64,000 bases of DNA from Nitrosopumilus sp. (GTDB taxonomy: Archaea > Thermoproteota > Nitrososphaeria > Nitrososphaerales > Nitrosopumilaceae). The position numbers and the translations under genes were made by a program. The DNA lies in assembly GCA_965238275.1 (NCBI GenBank), contig OZ250186.1, positions 1,120,001-1,184,000 of the forward strand, written 5' to 3'. Within the stretch, counting starts at the first letter, position 1. Each line of letters opens with the position of its first letter. Below, in pieces: positions 19,945 through 30,324 of the stretch. The notes under the pieces are model-generated. The model had not been told where the DNA came from, made no database searches, and worked only from the letters and a program-made list of their open reading frames with translations.

Positions 19945-20232
19945 TACCCACATATGCTTCCATGGAATGCATCATTTTCGAATACAAGTACGGCACCAAG
20001 ACATGCGATGGTTAGCGTCCGGGATCAAGCATTGTCTTTGTGCGACCGTACCATGATCTTGGCGATGCCAAAGCGCCGCCGGGCCAATGCATACGCCACG
20101 ACCGCGAACCACATGCAGAATCATTTGTCCCGCGTCGCCGTTCCAGAATTCTGACGCCTGCACGCACGCCTCGTTCAGGCCATGTAGCCACGCAAACACA
20201 CTGCTAAATACCCATCACGCGAAAGGCATCAC

Positions 20233-20916
20233 ATGCAATCATACGGAAAGGTGGACGCGTCTTGGGATGACGCAAGATTCCTAACTGTCATTGAAGACGT
20301 GCTTGAGATGGCCAAGGAAAACAAGAAGGCGTGTGCAGTATGCCAAGACAGTCACGGCAACGTCATGGCAACCGATGGCAGGATGAAGGATCCACATGTA
20401 TACGCATGCTGGACATACGCGTACAGGGACAAGAAATTGCAAGAGGACAAACTGGAACTGGTGGACAATGTAGAGTACCATGATTATTCGGTTGAACAGA
20501 TGGTTCCAAGGGTGCGCGACGCCCTGACAAAGGGAATAGTGGAGTACGGCGGATTGAGGTTCCTGTCAGAAGGGCGCCACCAGATAGGCGAGGCGGCCCA
20601 TTGCGCTGGTATCTTAGTCAGAATGCATCACGGGCCGTTCATCGTGGGCCTGACCGCTGCGGGCATAACAGTGGCACCGATGTCCGAAAGGTCGCGCTTC
20701 GTGGAGCAGGCCGCGTGCGTGGTGACCAGACACGGGTGCTGGAGCTTGGCTGACAGGATTCCGGACGGAGAGGCCTACCGTGATTTTAGATACAGGAAGC
20801 GGGACATCCAGAACGGCAAGGTCGTGTCAGACAGCCGTTCAATCATGGTGGATCCTGTGATGGCCGTCTACATATCCACGTTAGAATATGGGAAGCAAAA
20901 ACGCCAGAGTGCTTGA
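20233..20916 (+). CDS. Hypothetical protein, family X copy 1
   Basis: 227 aa; clear paralog of 26003..28964 (shared DASWDDARF, MVPRVRD.LTKGIVEYG, RFVEQAACVVT). Confidence 0.8.
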   Translation: MQSYGKVDASWDDARFLTVIEDVLEMAKENKKACAVCQDSHGNVMATDGRMKDPHVYACWTYAYRDKKLQEDKLELVDNVEYHDYSVEQMVPRVRDALTKGIVEYGGLRFLSEGRHQIGEAAHCAGILVRMHHGPFIVGLTAAGITVAPMSERSRFVEQAACVVTRHGCWSLADRIPDGEAYRDFRYRKRDIQNGKVVSDSRSIMVDPVMAVYISTLEYGKQKRQSA

Positions 20917-20961
20917 CAGTGCCAATATTTGGCACATGATGACGTTGCAGAACCCATCAGA

Positions 20962-21156
20962 TTAGATCTTTCGTTTCCCCCAGCTATGGCGGCATGAATT
21001 ACAGAACCAGCGATGCGGATCCTCCGGAATGCAGCATCCGCCAAGCGTTATCCTGCCCGAATCCACTTCCTTTTTCCAATCCCAGTCCGGACTGGGAAGC
21101 CCGTAGACAATCTCTGCCATGCTGGCGCTTCCGCACTCTGGGCATTTCCTGGTCAA
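20962..21156 (-). CDS. Small CPxCG zinc-finger protein, family Z copy 1
   Basis: CPECGS..IVYG.P....GGCC....W.CNSC; duplicated at 33697..33891. Confidence 0.75.
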   Translation of the reverse strand: MTRKCPECGSASMAEIVYGLPSPDWDWKKEVDSGRITLGGCCIPEDPHRWFCNSCRHSWGKRKI

Positions 21157-21366
21157 CCATGTATGTCGTGGGTGCTTGGCAATAAGTCATCTGGATTGGT
21201 CGAATTCACAACCGCGTTAGTTTTCTGCAACCCACGAAGTTGTTGCACATTCACCACGATTGGGGAACCAGACAAATCCTCAAAATAAATTCCAGCGGCC
21301 GCACCGAGCTTGCGCATATAATTCCCAACTTGCCATTCACCATGTTGATATACTTGTTGCCATCAT

Positions 21367-22837
21367 CAGTAGTTGGAAATGTGTCTAATTGCACATGCCC
21401 AACAGTCTTTACCAAACCCATGATTAGCAACTAACTGTCCACAAATCCCGAAGATCATCACAATTGACTGTCCTGCGCACATTCCGTTGGCACCCCGGCA
21501 CCGGTTGCTGCATGTCCGCGCAGCCTTGCGGCCGGCACTTGCGTGTCAATGCGTCAAGAAACACAATTCACGTGGGTGGTTCGGCCAGGCCCAACTCTTT
21601 CATGAACCTGAGAAACAGCCTGAGCATCTTTATGAGCGTCATGTGCCTGCCGTGGAATGAGATCCGGAGCAGGTGGCGGACCAGCGCCCAGGCGTTGTAA
21701 ATGAATATCGGGAAGAACAGCAGCAGCATGCGCACCGACTCGTTCCTGCTCGTGGTGCGGGGCCTGAGGGACTCGTAGTTGCTGTACGCAGTCTCCACTC
21801 CCCAGCGGAGGCGGTACTGTTCTGCGAATCCGTGTGCGCCTGTCAGGCCGCCGCCAGACTCGAACCCCAGCACCTGCGGCACCGTGGCGTTGGTGGCAAG
21901 CGTAAAGTGGCCGTTCTTCCTCTTTTGGATTATCAGTGTAAACTCGGCAGTATCGCGTCCCGAATCTATGGAATGCCGCGACACCGCCTTCCTCCTGCCG
22001 TCTTTGAACTCCTCTACGGCTTTTTTGACGCCCTTGGTCTTGATTGCAGGCACCATGAACGGGATCCCTTCACGCTCCAGCATGTTAATGATGTCCACAG
22101 AAAAGAACTCCCGGTCTATCTTTAGTGACTTGATCATTATCCCCCGCCTTCTGCAGTCTGCTATCAGTCCTGAGACCACCTCGAGGTCTGTATCTCCCCT
22201 TCTGACCAGCCGGGCTGCCAGAAACGCCCTGGAGTCTGCCACGATGCAGTTTGCAGTCGCCAGGCAGTTAAAGTTGTACGTTCCCTTTTTTGGTTTTGAC
22301 TTTATGGTGTTGACGATCCTCCGGAACCTGTCGTACCTGCAGACCAGGTGTTTGTCGATTGCAATGTCCACCGGCTCCCTGAACATGCCGTGCCGCCTCA
22401 TCCTGCGCACGGTGCGGTCTGTCACCGCCTGGCACCGCTTTAACATGTAGTCGTACCGGATATGGCGTATCCTGTCAAGCAGCCACCTGCCCGTGGGAAT
22501 GCCCGTCCCGCCGTCCGGGTCGCTGGACCATGCAGTCTCTGCGTATTCGGTGTGCCTGCACATGCCAAACAAGCGTTCAAAAAAGTGGACCGGTCCGTAC
22601 AGGGCGTTGTACCTGTCTGAGAACTTGATCTGCAACAGGGAAAACAGTACGGGACCGATGATCTTATATGCAGATTCGGCGGACTGTATTTGGAGTGATT
22701 GCTTGTTTTTCATTTGAACGTGTAAGACTCGCGCGCTCCATTTTTAACACCCAGAGTCTAATAATGGCGAACGCCTAGTGATCATAAGGAACGCGGCAAG
22801 ATTAGGTGATCCTAAAAAAACACATTTCCATCTACTG
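21367..22837 (-). mobile_element. ISH3-family element
   Basis: TIR CAGTAG(T/A)TGGAAATGTGT; 5 bp TSD ATCAT (21362-21366 / 22838-22842). Confidence 0.93.
21568..22713 (-). CDS. ISH3 family transposase
   Basis: IAIDKH, IDREFFS, YRLRWGVETAY, IYNAW. Confidence 0.9.
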   Translation of the reverse strand: MKNKQSLQIQSAESAYKIIGPVLFSLLQIKFSDRYNALYGPVHFFERLFGMCRHTEYAETAWSSDPDGGTGIPTGRWLLDRIRHIRYDYMLKRCQAVTDRTVRRMRRHGMFREPVDIAIDKHLVCRYDRFRRIVNTIKSKPKKGTYNFNCLATANCIVADSRAFLAARLVRRGDTDLEVVSGLIADCRRRGIMIKSLKIDREFFSVDIINMLEREGIPFMVPAIKTKGVKKAVEEFKDGRRKAVSRHSIDSGRDTAEFTLIIQKRKNGHFTLATNATVPQVLGFESGGGLTGAHGFAEQYRLRWGVETAYSNYESLRPRTTSRNESVRMLLLFFPIFIYNAWALVRHLLRISFHGRHMTLIKMLRLFLRFMKELGLAEPPT

Positions 22838-22850
22838 ATCATGCGGCATC

Positions 22851-25838
22851 ATGGAATTAGACAAGGAACAGGTCGAGGCCGTGTCGTATGGCGGCAGGCA
22901 CTTGCTAGTGAGGGCAGGTCCGGGTTCAGGCAAGACGGCAGTCATAACCAAACGTGCCAAAGAGTTGGCATCAGGCGGTTTACCACACGAGTCCATACTC
23001 TGTATGACGTTCACAGAAAAAGCTGCAGGCGAGATGCGCGATCGCCTGCTGGAATTGGGGATCGATGACATCTGGGTCGGCACGATGCATTCCCTCTGCT
23101 TGGAAATCCTCAAAGAACACGGGGGCTCCACTGGAATAACGGACAAAACTGGAATTATGGGGGAGATCTCCGGAAATGTCTGGTGCATCCGTAACGTTGA
23201 CAGGTTTGGCTTGGATCCTGATATAGTCAAGATGCCCACGAACCCGCTGAACAAATGCAAAGCAATGATGGGTGCCGTACGCATGGCAAAGCGTGAAATG
23301 ATCACAGTAGACGATTTGGGGAGATATTCGTCTTCTGAAGCGCAAGATGCCGCCGGAAAGAAAAAACGCGGCATCATGGGCGAGCTCGCGAAGGTGTATC
23401 GCGCCTATGACGCGTACAAGAAGAAAAACGACATGATCGACTATGACGACATGGTGAGCATGGTAGTGGACTTTCTGGGACGCGACGAAGCGGCACTGGA
23501 AATGTACCGCAACAAGATCAGGCATGTGCTGGTGGACGAATTCCAAGACAACAACTACGCCCAGTTCGAGCTGGCAAGGATACTCGCCAGCAATGGGGAT
23601 ATCACGGCAGTCGGGGATGAGAACCAATCCATCATGGGATTTCAAGGTGCGTTTGGCGGAATATTTGACGAGTTCAGCGGGGAATATGCAGACGGCGAAG
23701 AGATTACGCTGAGCAACAATTATCGGTGCACAGGCCACGTGACCCGCGTATCCAAACGCTTACTCGACGATCAAGAACAACCAACAGGGCGTCCAGAAAA
23801 ATCCGACGGCGACGTAGTGGACATCGTGGAGGCGTCAGACGAGGCGGCCGAACTAAACTTTGTCGCCGACACCATATCCGGTTCGGACACGCCATACGGC
23901 AAAGTGGCCATATTGTGCAGCACCAACAATCTCTGTCAAAGGTTCGCCGCGGCACTACGCGCCCGCGACATTCCCGTATCTGTGGCAAATTCTGGTTCGA
24001 CGACTAACAGGGATGGCGTCGAGATCATGGCGTTACTCCGCGTAGCCGATTCGCCCGAGACGACAGGCAAGTATATCGGGCACTTGTTAAGAATGCGGGG
24101 CATACGTGAATACAACGTGAAAGCCATAATGGCCAAGGCGCGAGAGACGCGCGACAGGCGCCAAGTTTCTGACTGCGTGTACCAGACGATCTTGAATCAT
24201 TCGGGTTCCGATCAGGACGTTGAGATACGGGACATTGCTGACAATCTAGCCAAATTGGCCAGAGAAGCAAGGTCTACGCCGCTCCAAAAACTACTGCACG
24301 ACATGATGGGGCGGCATTCGGATGTCTACAAAAGGCATGCCTGCGGCGAGGGGTCGCCGGAAGATCTAGCCTGGATCCAGAACATGCACAAAATGGCCTT
24401 GGACTACTCCAAGCACTACCCCGACGAGCGGTTGTCGGATTTTATCGACTATGCCACGGTTGTAGACGACATGGCAATTCCAGAATGGTCAGAGAGCAAC
24501 GCCAGGGAACCCGACTCGGTGAAGGTCATGACGGTGCACAAGAGCAAGGGCATGGAATTCCATACGGTGTTCGTGACCGGGCTGAATGAAGGTTTTCTGA
24601 AAGGCGCCAGAAGCGGGAGGGATTTTGAGATGCCGGCAGAATTGCTCAAGGGCACCGGCCGCCCAAGCGACCACGCAGAAGCCAAGGCGATAGAGCGCAG
24701 GAATGGCTTGTATGTTGCCATGACGCGAGCAGAAAGCAGACTGTACCTGACGTATACTTGCAATTCTAATGGCCGCAATAGCAAGAAGATATTTAGCTTG
24801 CTCGATGGCTTGGCGGGCAACGATGATCCCGACATCCGCCAATATGGACATTCGTATGATGTGCCGCCGGCGGCTGTGGCGCAAGACGCGTTAGACATGG
24901 AAATGGGCCGCGTGCAAGAAGACGCGTGTAAGGCCGTGCGCGAATCTCGCCACGGGACGGCGGCAAAATTGGTGGCGCGCTTGGCAAGGATCGAGCATGT
25001 CCGCGTGCACGGGAACCTGGACGGATTCGATCCACATCCCATCTTGGACGCATGCATTGAGGACGGCCCGCCGATCCCTTTGCCTGACGCAAAACTAGTA
25101 AATGAAGACACGCTGTCGCTGTCTCCCAGCAAAATTGCCGACTACCAAAGGTGTCCGCTCATGTACATGTACGCACACGTGATTGGCTTGCCGGGCGGGC
25201 CGTCAATTTATCTCAGCAAGGGCGGGGCGGTGCATGCGGCACTAGAATACATCGGAAAGGCAAGGATGAACGGACGCGTTCCCGATGTCGCCGAGGCGGT
25301 AAAAGTGGCCAAAGATCGACTCAAGACGGATCGCGCCGCGTTCGCCGTGCGGGAGTATGATGCCGTCGAAGCATCGTTGGAAAAAATAGTCCGGGATTCG
25401 GCTGAATGGGATGCCAAATCGTCTAATACGGTGCTCGACGTCGAGTGCAAGATAGGCATCGTTCTTGACGACATACCATACCACGGAAAAATCGACAGGA
25501 TTGAAAAGAACGCGTCGGGCGGATACGAGGTAATCGACTTCAAAACCGGCAAGACTCCCCTTGGCATTTCAGAGATTCCGCTGAACCCGCAGCTCAATAT
25601 TTACTCCAAGGCAATGGAAGAAAAATACGAGTCGCTGCCATCCAAAGCATCTTTGGTATACGTGGAAAAGCTCACGAGCAAGCGCGAGTGCATTTTCACG
25701 CAGAACGCATTGAAGGAAGGCCTGGAAAAAGTAAAGGAGGCTGCACGGAGCATTATCGAAGAACAGTTTGATGCTACGCCGGGCCACCATTGTGGGCAAT
25801 GTTCATACAAGGACTTTTGCCCGGACGCCAAAAAATGA
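22851..25838 (+). CDS. UvrD/PcrA-like SF1 helicase fused to a C-terminal PD-(D/E)XK nuclease with Fe-S cysteines (AdnB/AddA-like)
   Basis: AGPGSGKT, TFTEKAA, VDEFQD, VGDENQSI, NYRC, TVHKSKGMEF, YVAMTRA; then SPS...CP, GKIDRIE..IDFKTG, QLNIY, CGQCSYKDFCP. Confidence 0.92.
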   Translation: MELDKEQVEAVSYGGRHLLVRAGPGSGKTAVITKRAKELASGGLPHESILCMTFTEKAAGEMRDRLLELGIDDIWVGTMHSLCLEILKEHGGSTGITDKTGIMGEISGNVWCIRNVDRFGLDPDIVKMPTNPLNKCKAMMGAVRMAKREMITVDDLGRYSSSEAQDAAGKKKRGIMGELAKVYRAYDAYKKKNDMIDYDDMVSMVVDFLGRDEAALEMYRNKIRHVLVDEFQDNNYAQFELARILASNGDITAVGDENQSIMGFQGAFGGIFDEFSGEYADGEEITLSNNYRCTGHVTRVSKRLLDDQEQPTGRPEKSDGDVVDIVEASDEAAELNFVADTISGSDTPYGKVAILCSTNNLCQRFAAALRARDIPVSVANSGSTTNRDGVEIMALLRVADSPETTGKYIGHLLRMRGIREYNVKAIMAKARETRDRRQVSDCVYQTILNHSGSDQDVEIRDIADNLAKLAREARSTPLQKLLHDMMGRHSDVYKRHACGEGSPEDLAWIQNMHKMALDYSKHYPDERLSDFIDYATVVDDMAIPEWSESNAREPDSVKVMTVHKSKGMEFHTVFVTGLNEGFLKGARSGRDFEMPAELLKGTGRPSDHAEAKAIERRNGLYVAMTRAESRLYLTYTCNSNGRNSKKIFSLLDGLAGNDDPDIRQYGHSYDVPPAAVAQDALDMEMGRVQEDACKAVRESRHGTAAKLVARLARIEHVRVHGNLDGFDPHPILDACIEDGPPIPLPDAKLVNEDTLSLSPSKIADYQRCPLMYMYAHVIGLPGGPSIYLSKGGAVHAALEYIGKARMNGRVPDVAEAVKVAKDRLKTDRAAFAVREYDAVEASLEKIVRDSAEWDAKSSNTVLDVECKIGIVLDDIPYHGKIDRIEKNASGGYEVIDFKTGKTPLGISEIPLNPQLNIYSKAMEEKYESLPSKASLVYVEKLTSKRECIFTQNALKEGLEKVKEAARSIIEEQFDATPGHHCGQCSYKDFCPDAKK

Positions 25839-26068
25839 GGCATGCCGTGCCAGGCGGCGGTTCGGCAGCAGCTTTGGGACTTGCAGAAGTGGCGGCAATG
25901 ACGCATGTGGCTTTACTGCACATGCCCAAATTGCAGGGGCCTGCAGCGCTGGCCGGACAGGTGCCACGGCGTTTAAAGCATCCACGGGTGAAACACTGCG
26001 GCATGAAGTCATACGGAAAACCGGACGCGTCCTGGGACGATGCAAGATTCCGGATCATGATAGAAGAG

Positions 26069-28281
26069 GTAAGAGGTCGCCTTTGCGAAGCGATTCCGTG
26101 CCTGATCTGTTCCGATTAATTACCAACTGAGCTACGTTTTTGACCATAAATACCCGATTAATTGCACGTTATCAACACGGTCCTCAGGCAGGGCGGTTTT
26201 CGGATCAAGGCTCTTCCGGTTGGATCTTTTGCGCCGCATTTTCCGGCAGGCGCTGCGTGCCCAAAAGCTTTATGGATCATGCCTTCCCGTGTTATGGCGT
26301 GGCGCCTGTAATCGACCTGGAAAAGATTGACTGGAACTCCGTAACCGACACCAAGTCCCTCTTCGAATCCGTCTTGGACATGCTCAAATCCAAGGACGAG
26401 GAGAGCATGGCACTGAGAAAAGACATCGAGCAGCTGAAGGAGGAGGCAGAGGCCTTCTCAGGGGAACACGCGATGCTGACGGAGATGGATGCCAGGATCA
26501 AACTGCTGGAAGAAGAGAACGTGCAAAAGGACTCCGAGATAGAACAAAAGGACTCCGAGATAGAGAAACTGAGGGCAGAGAATGCCGCCCTCCTGCAGGG
26601 ATGCGACGTCTCGCAGGCAGTCATGGACAGGATAGCCCGCCTGGAACGGCAGGCATCAGAGCATGCCTCTCAGTTAAGGGAGGCGCGCGCGGCCAACTCG
26701 GCGCTGGCAGCCGAGAATCTGGGCATCAAAAGCCGCCGCTCCCAGAAGCGGCTCCGGGAATCACCCGGGCCTGCACCAGACCCGTTCAGGAAGGTCGTCT
26801 GCCTGCGCACCGGCCGTGATCCTCCCCCGATATCCGAAAAAAAGCTAGTCGACATGCCCGCCTGCCCGCACGGCCATGCCCTCTCGAAGGAGCCCACCGA
26901 GGTGACCATCCGGGTAGTCGAGGAGATTATCGACGGGAAGCTGACCGGCATCCAGTATACCGTCGTCCGCAGGTACTGCAGGGAATGCGGCAGGCAGTTT
27001 GCCCCCGAGATCCCGGGGGTCGTCCCCGGTGGACGGTTCGGCGCCAGCCTGACGTGCCTTGAGACGACGATGAGGATGTACAACATTCCCTACGAACCCA
27101 TCCGCAAGCTGATCAACATAATCTACCACACGGACCTTGCAAAGTCGACTGTCATCGGCCACGTGGATGCCGTGACAGGATCCCTCCACCCGCTCTACGA
27201 GGAGATGCTCGAGGAGATATTCTTCTCAGAGCATGTCTTCGGGGACGAGACCAGCTGGAGGGTAGCCGGTGTGCTGTACTGGCTGTGGATACTAGTCGGT
27301 GACAGCTCGACTGTCTTTTACGTGGACAAGCGCCGGGGAGGAGACGTGCTGGAGACCCTGCTTGGGGGGTACGCAGGCCACGTCACCTCTGATTCACACT
27401 CCGCGTGGAACCGCATCGGCAGGACCCACCAAAAGTGCCACTACCACTACCTCCGCGAGATCATCCGCACCCTGACCATGAAAAACCCGGGGCCAGAATT
27501 CAAAAAGTTTGCCAAGGCCCTAAAGGGGATAATCATCGATTCCTGGCACGCAGAGAAGGGACTCAACCCGAACGACGATGCGGCCGCGCGAAACCTCAAG
27601 GTGCGCAACCTCCTGGCCCGGGTGAGGCGCCTGATGTCTGGCAGCTACACCGAACCCCACTGCAAGCGGTTTGTCAAGCGGCTGCGGCGCGAGATCATCC
27701 ACCTGTTCCCATTCATCCGCCTCAGCACAAAGTGCCATAACAACGATGCCGAGCGCCCCCTGCGGCCCAGCGTCGCATCCCGGAAGGTCTCAGGCGGCAG
27801 CAAGAGCCTTGCCGGCGCATACAACCACGCCGTCCTGGCCAGCATCCGCGAGACGTGCAGGATGCGCGGCGTCAACCCGCACGACTTTTTGGTCGACTAC
27901 ATGCGAGGCATGGTCGAAAAAATACCGGCAGCAGCAGCAGCGGCAGCAACGGTATAAATCCTGCAAAATCCATCCATGGCTGCCCTGCATGTCCTGCGCG
28001 ACCCCCACAGCACCGGTTGCCTGACACATGTCAGGCCGCCGTGCCGGCCCGCCACCCGATTCGGGCACAACGCACCACGCCCGACAGCACCAAAAAAGGC
28101 CCACTTCGCAAGTCCGATCACCGGATCGGCCAAAATGCAGCTCAGCCGAGCCTCATCCCCGCCCGGAAAAAACCCTGAATAATGCCAATTAAATGGGCAT
28201 TTATGGCCGAAAACGTAGCTCAGTTGGTAATTAATCGGGGCAGATCAGGCACGAAATCGCTTCGCAAAGGCGACCTCTTAC
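26069..28281 (+). mobile_element. IS66-family element, long-TIR type, copy A
   Basis: ~96 bp imperfect TIR starting GTAAGAGGTCGCC; 8 bp TSD TAGAAGAG (26061-26068 / 28282-28289). Confidence 0.96.
26272..27957 (+). CDS. tnpC: IS66 family transposase
   Basis: GDETSW..YWLW, TSDSH, QKCHYHYLR, HNNDAERPLRP; start uncertain. Confidence 0.92.
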   Translation: MDHAFPCYGVAPVIDLEKIDWNSVTDTKSLFESVLDMLKSKDEESMALRKDIEQLKEEAEAFSGEHAMLTEMDARIKLLEEENVQKDSEIEQKDSEIEKLRAENAALLQGCDVSQAVMDRIARLERQASEHASQLREARAANSALAAENLGIKSRRSQKRLRESPGPAPDPFRKVVCLRTGRDPPPISEKKLVDMPACPHGHALSKEPTEVTIRVVEEIIDGKLTGIQYTVVRRYCRECGRQFAPEIPGVVPGGRFGASLTCLETTMRMYNIPYEPIRKLINIIYHTDLAKSTVIGHVDAVTGSLHPLYEEMLEEIFFSEHVFGDETSWRVAGVLYWLWILVGDSSTVFYVDKRRGGDVLETLLGGYAGHVTSDSHSAWNRIGRTHQKCHYHYLREIIRTLTMKNPGPEFKKFAKALKGIIIDSWHAEKGLNPNDDAAARNLKVRNLLARVRRLMSGSYTEPHCKRFVKRLRREIIHLFPFIRLSTKCHNNDAERPLRPSVASRKVSGGSKSLAGAYNHAVLASIRETCRMRGVNPHDFLVDYMRGMVEKIPAAAAAAATV

Positions 28282-29108
28282 TAGAAGAGGCACTCCGAAT
28301 GGCCAAAAAACACGAAAAGACGTTTGTCGTATGCCAAGACATGAACGGCAATGCCATGGTGGCAGAATTCAAACGTGATGATCCCTGCGTGCACGCATGC
28401 CGGGCAAGCGCGCACAAGGGCAATGAGCCTTCGGAATGCGAGGTAAACTTGGCGGATAACGTGGAGTGGAGCCAGTACACAGTAGACGAGATGGTCCCCA
28501 GGGTGCGCGACGTCCTGACGAAGGGAATAGTGGAGTACGGTCCCTTGGGGTTCCTGTCCGAAGGTCGAATACAGATAGGCGTGGCCCTCGAATGCGCGGA
28601 GAGGTTGAGCGACATTCATCACGAACCGTTCATTGTGGGTTTAACCGTATATGACGCAACGGGTACACTGCTGTCTGATCTACGACATGCAAGTGGAATA
28701 AGGCATTCCCCGGATGACATAATGGTAACGCCGCTGTCCGAAAGGGATCGCTTCGTGGAGCAGGCGGCATGCGTGGTGACTGGGCACGAATGCTGGAGCC
28801 TGCCTGACAAGCTTCCTGATACACGGGAGTATCGGCATTGGGGGATAGACGTGCCTGACAGCCTGGAAGACACGATCGTGTCGGACCTGCGCTCAATAAG
28901 ACTGTTAGATCCGGCAGGGATCATCTACAAATCCACATTGGAGCACTGGAGGCAGGAGCGCTAGAATGCATGAGCGCCGATTTGCATGCGTCAGTTTAAC
29001 AACAGTATCTCAAACATGATGCCCGCCATCTGGATTCGTGGCCTGCCTTGAGGCGCGCCGCGCGCAACACCTCATACAGGTTATATGCCGCGTGCGAGAC
29101 TTCTTTCC

Positions 29109-29570
29109 ATGGCACTGCAACTTTTCCAGATGACTCCGACCGGGATCCGCCTGCAGAGCCGCTGGTTTGAAGAGTCAAAGGCGGCTGGTACCCAAGACCA
29201 GGAACAAAAAATAACGGAGCACGGCATGGTATACTTCAAGCAGGACGGGGAAACACAGGTGAAAGAAGAGCCCGCCGATTTTCCCAAGGCAAAATCAGAG
29301 ATCGAGTCATTGGGTCACGGGGAATACAACCACTATATCGGATTCATAAACCAAAAGACCCGTGAGCTGCTTCAATTTGCAAGGTACGAGGCTGATGGCT
29401 GGTACGCGGACGTGCCGATCGGAGGCCGCCGCAAGGATTGGGCCGGCTATGTCTGGGGGTGCAGGACGAACACGGAGTCAGTCGTCTCCGTGTCCAAGCT
29501 ATTCATCGAAGAGATGCCCTGGTTTGACACGCTTCCGTTCACGATGCGGCGGGTCCGCCAAGATTCATGA
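29109..29570 (+). CDS. Hypothetical protein, family Y copy 1
   Basis: Trp-rich C-terminal half (W..DVP....W.GY.W...LF.EE..WF) shared with the next gene. Confidence 0.7.
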   Translation: MALQLFQMTPTGIRLQSRWFEESKAAGTQDQEQKITEHGMVYFKQDGETQVKEEPADFPKAKSEIESLGHGEYNHYIGFINQKTRELLQFARYEADGWYADVPIGGRRKDWAGYVWGCRTNTESVVSVSKLFIEEMPWFDTLPFTMRRVRQDS

Positions 29571-29673
29571 TGCACGGGCCTCAGGCTTATGGGCAGCTGC
29601 AGCCTGCCGACAACTTCAACCCAAAACAACAAAACACTTACACCCGCATCAGCCAGACATTACGCAGATAAAC

Positions 29674-30132
29674 ATGAATGAGACTATTCTCTCCAAAGAC
29701 AAATCACTGACAGAAATCAGGCAGCATCCGGATGAAAAATACTATGAAGATTTGCTGCAACGATCAGACGCCGCACACCAGAACATCACATACTGGAAGC
29801 ATGGCAAGTTCGTGTATGTGCATGCCCTGCGTTTTGTTCCCATCGACTTGCAAAAAGCGCTGCGCGAGACAGAAAAATTACTGCATGAATACAGTGAGTC
29901 TATAGGATTCAGCAATGGGCGCAACAAGGACGCAATAAGCATTACCAGAATCGCAGATGACAAATGGGACGTCGAGGTTCCGGTGTTTACGAGAGACGAA
30001 TGGGACGGGTACCGGTGGAGGACATCTACGGACACCAAAAAAATCATGGATGTCATAAAGATGTTCTTTGAGGAATTGGAGTGGTTTGGAATGCTTGGCT
30101 TTAAGATGGACCGACACAACAAGCATACATAA
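29674..30132 (+). CDS. Hypothetical protein, family Y copy 2
   Basis: KWDVEVPVFTRDEWDGYRW...MFFEELEWF aligns by eye with 29109..29570. Confidence 0.7.
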   Translation: MNETILSKDKSLTEIRQHPDEKYYEDLLQRSDAAHQNITYWKHGKFVYVHALRFVPIDLQKALRETEKLLHEYSESIGFSNGRNKDAISITRIADDKWDVEVPVFTRDEWDGYRWRTSTDTKKIMDVIKMFFEELEWFGMLGFKMDRHNKHT

Positions 30133-30324
30133 AATATGGCACATCATGAGGCGTTCCTGCACGTGTCACGCAACTTTTGTAACTAATCTGGCTTGAGTTT
30201 CCCTGGTTCCATGGCACGTGCCCTATCGTGGAATCTTAGTATCCGTGGTTTATGCGCACAAAATGGGCACAAGCAAACTGGCGTCTGGCAAGATACAAAT
30301 ATTCAGCCTGCCGGCGAAGATCGA

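Larger units (their letters stand above)
26003..28964 (+). pseudogene. Family X copy 2, interrupted by IS66 copy A after about 22 codons
   Basis: MKSYGKPDASWDDARFRIMIEE|ALRMAKKHEK... is restored in frame by removing 26069..28289. Confidence 0.85.

Noticed and set aside
28215-28229. tRNA-like GTAGCTCAGTTGGTA in the long IS66 TIRs
   Set aside because: It matches only a D-arm motif; no anticodon arm, T-arm or acceptor stem follows, so it is not a tRNA
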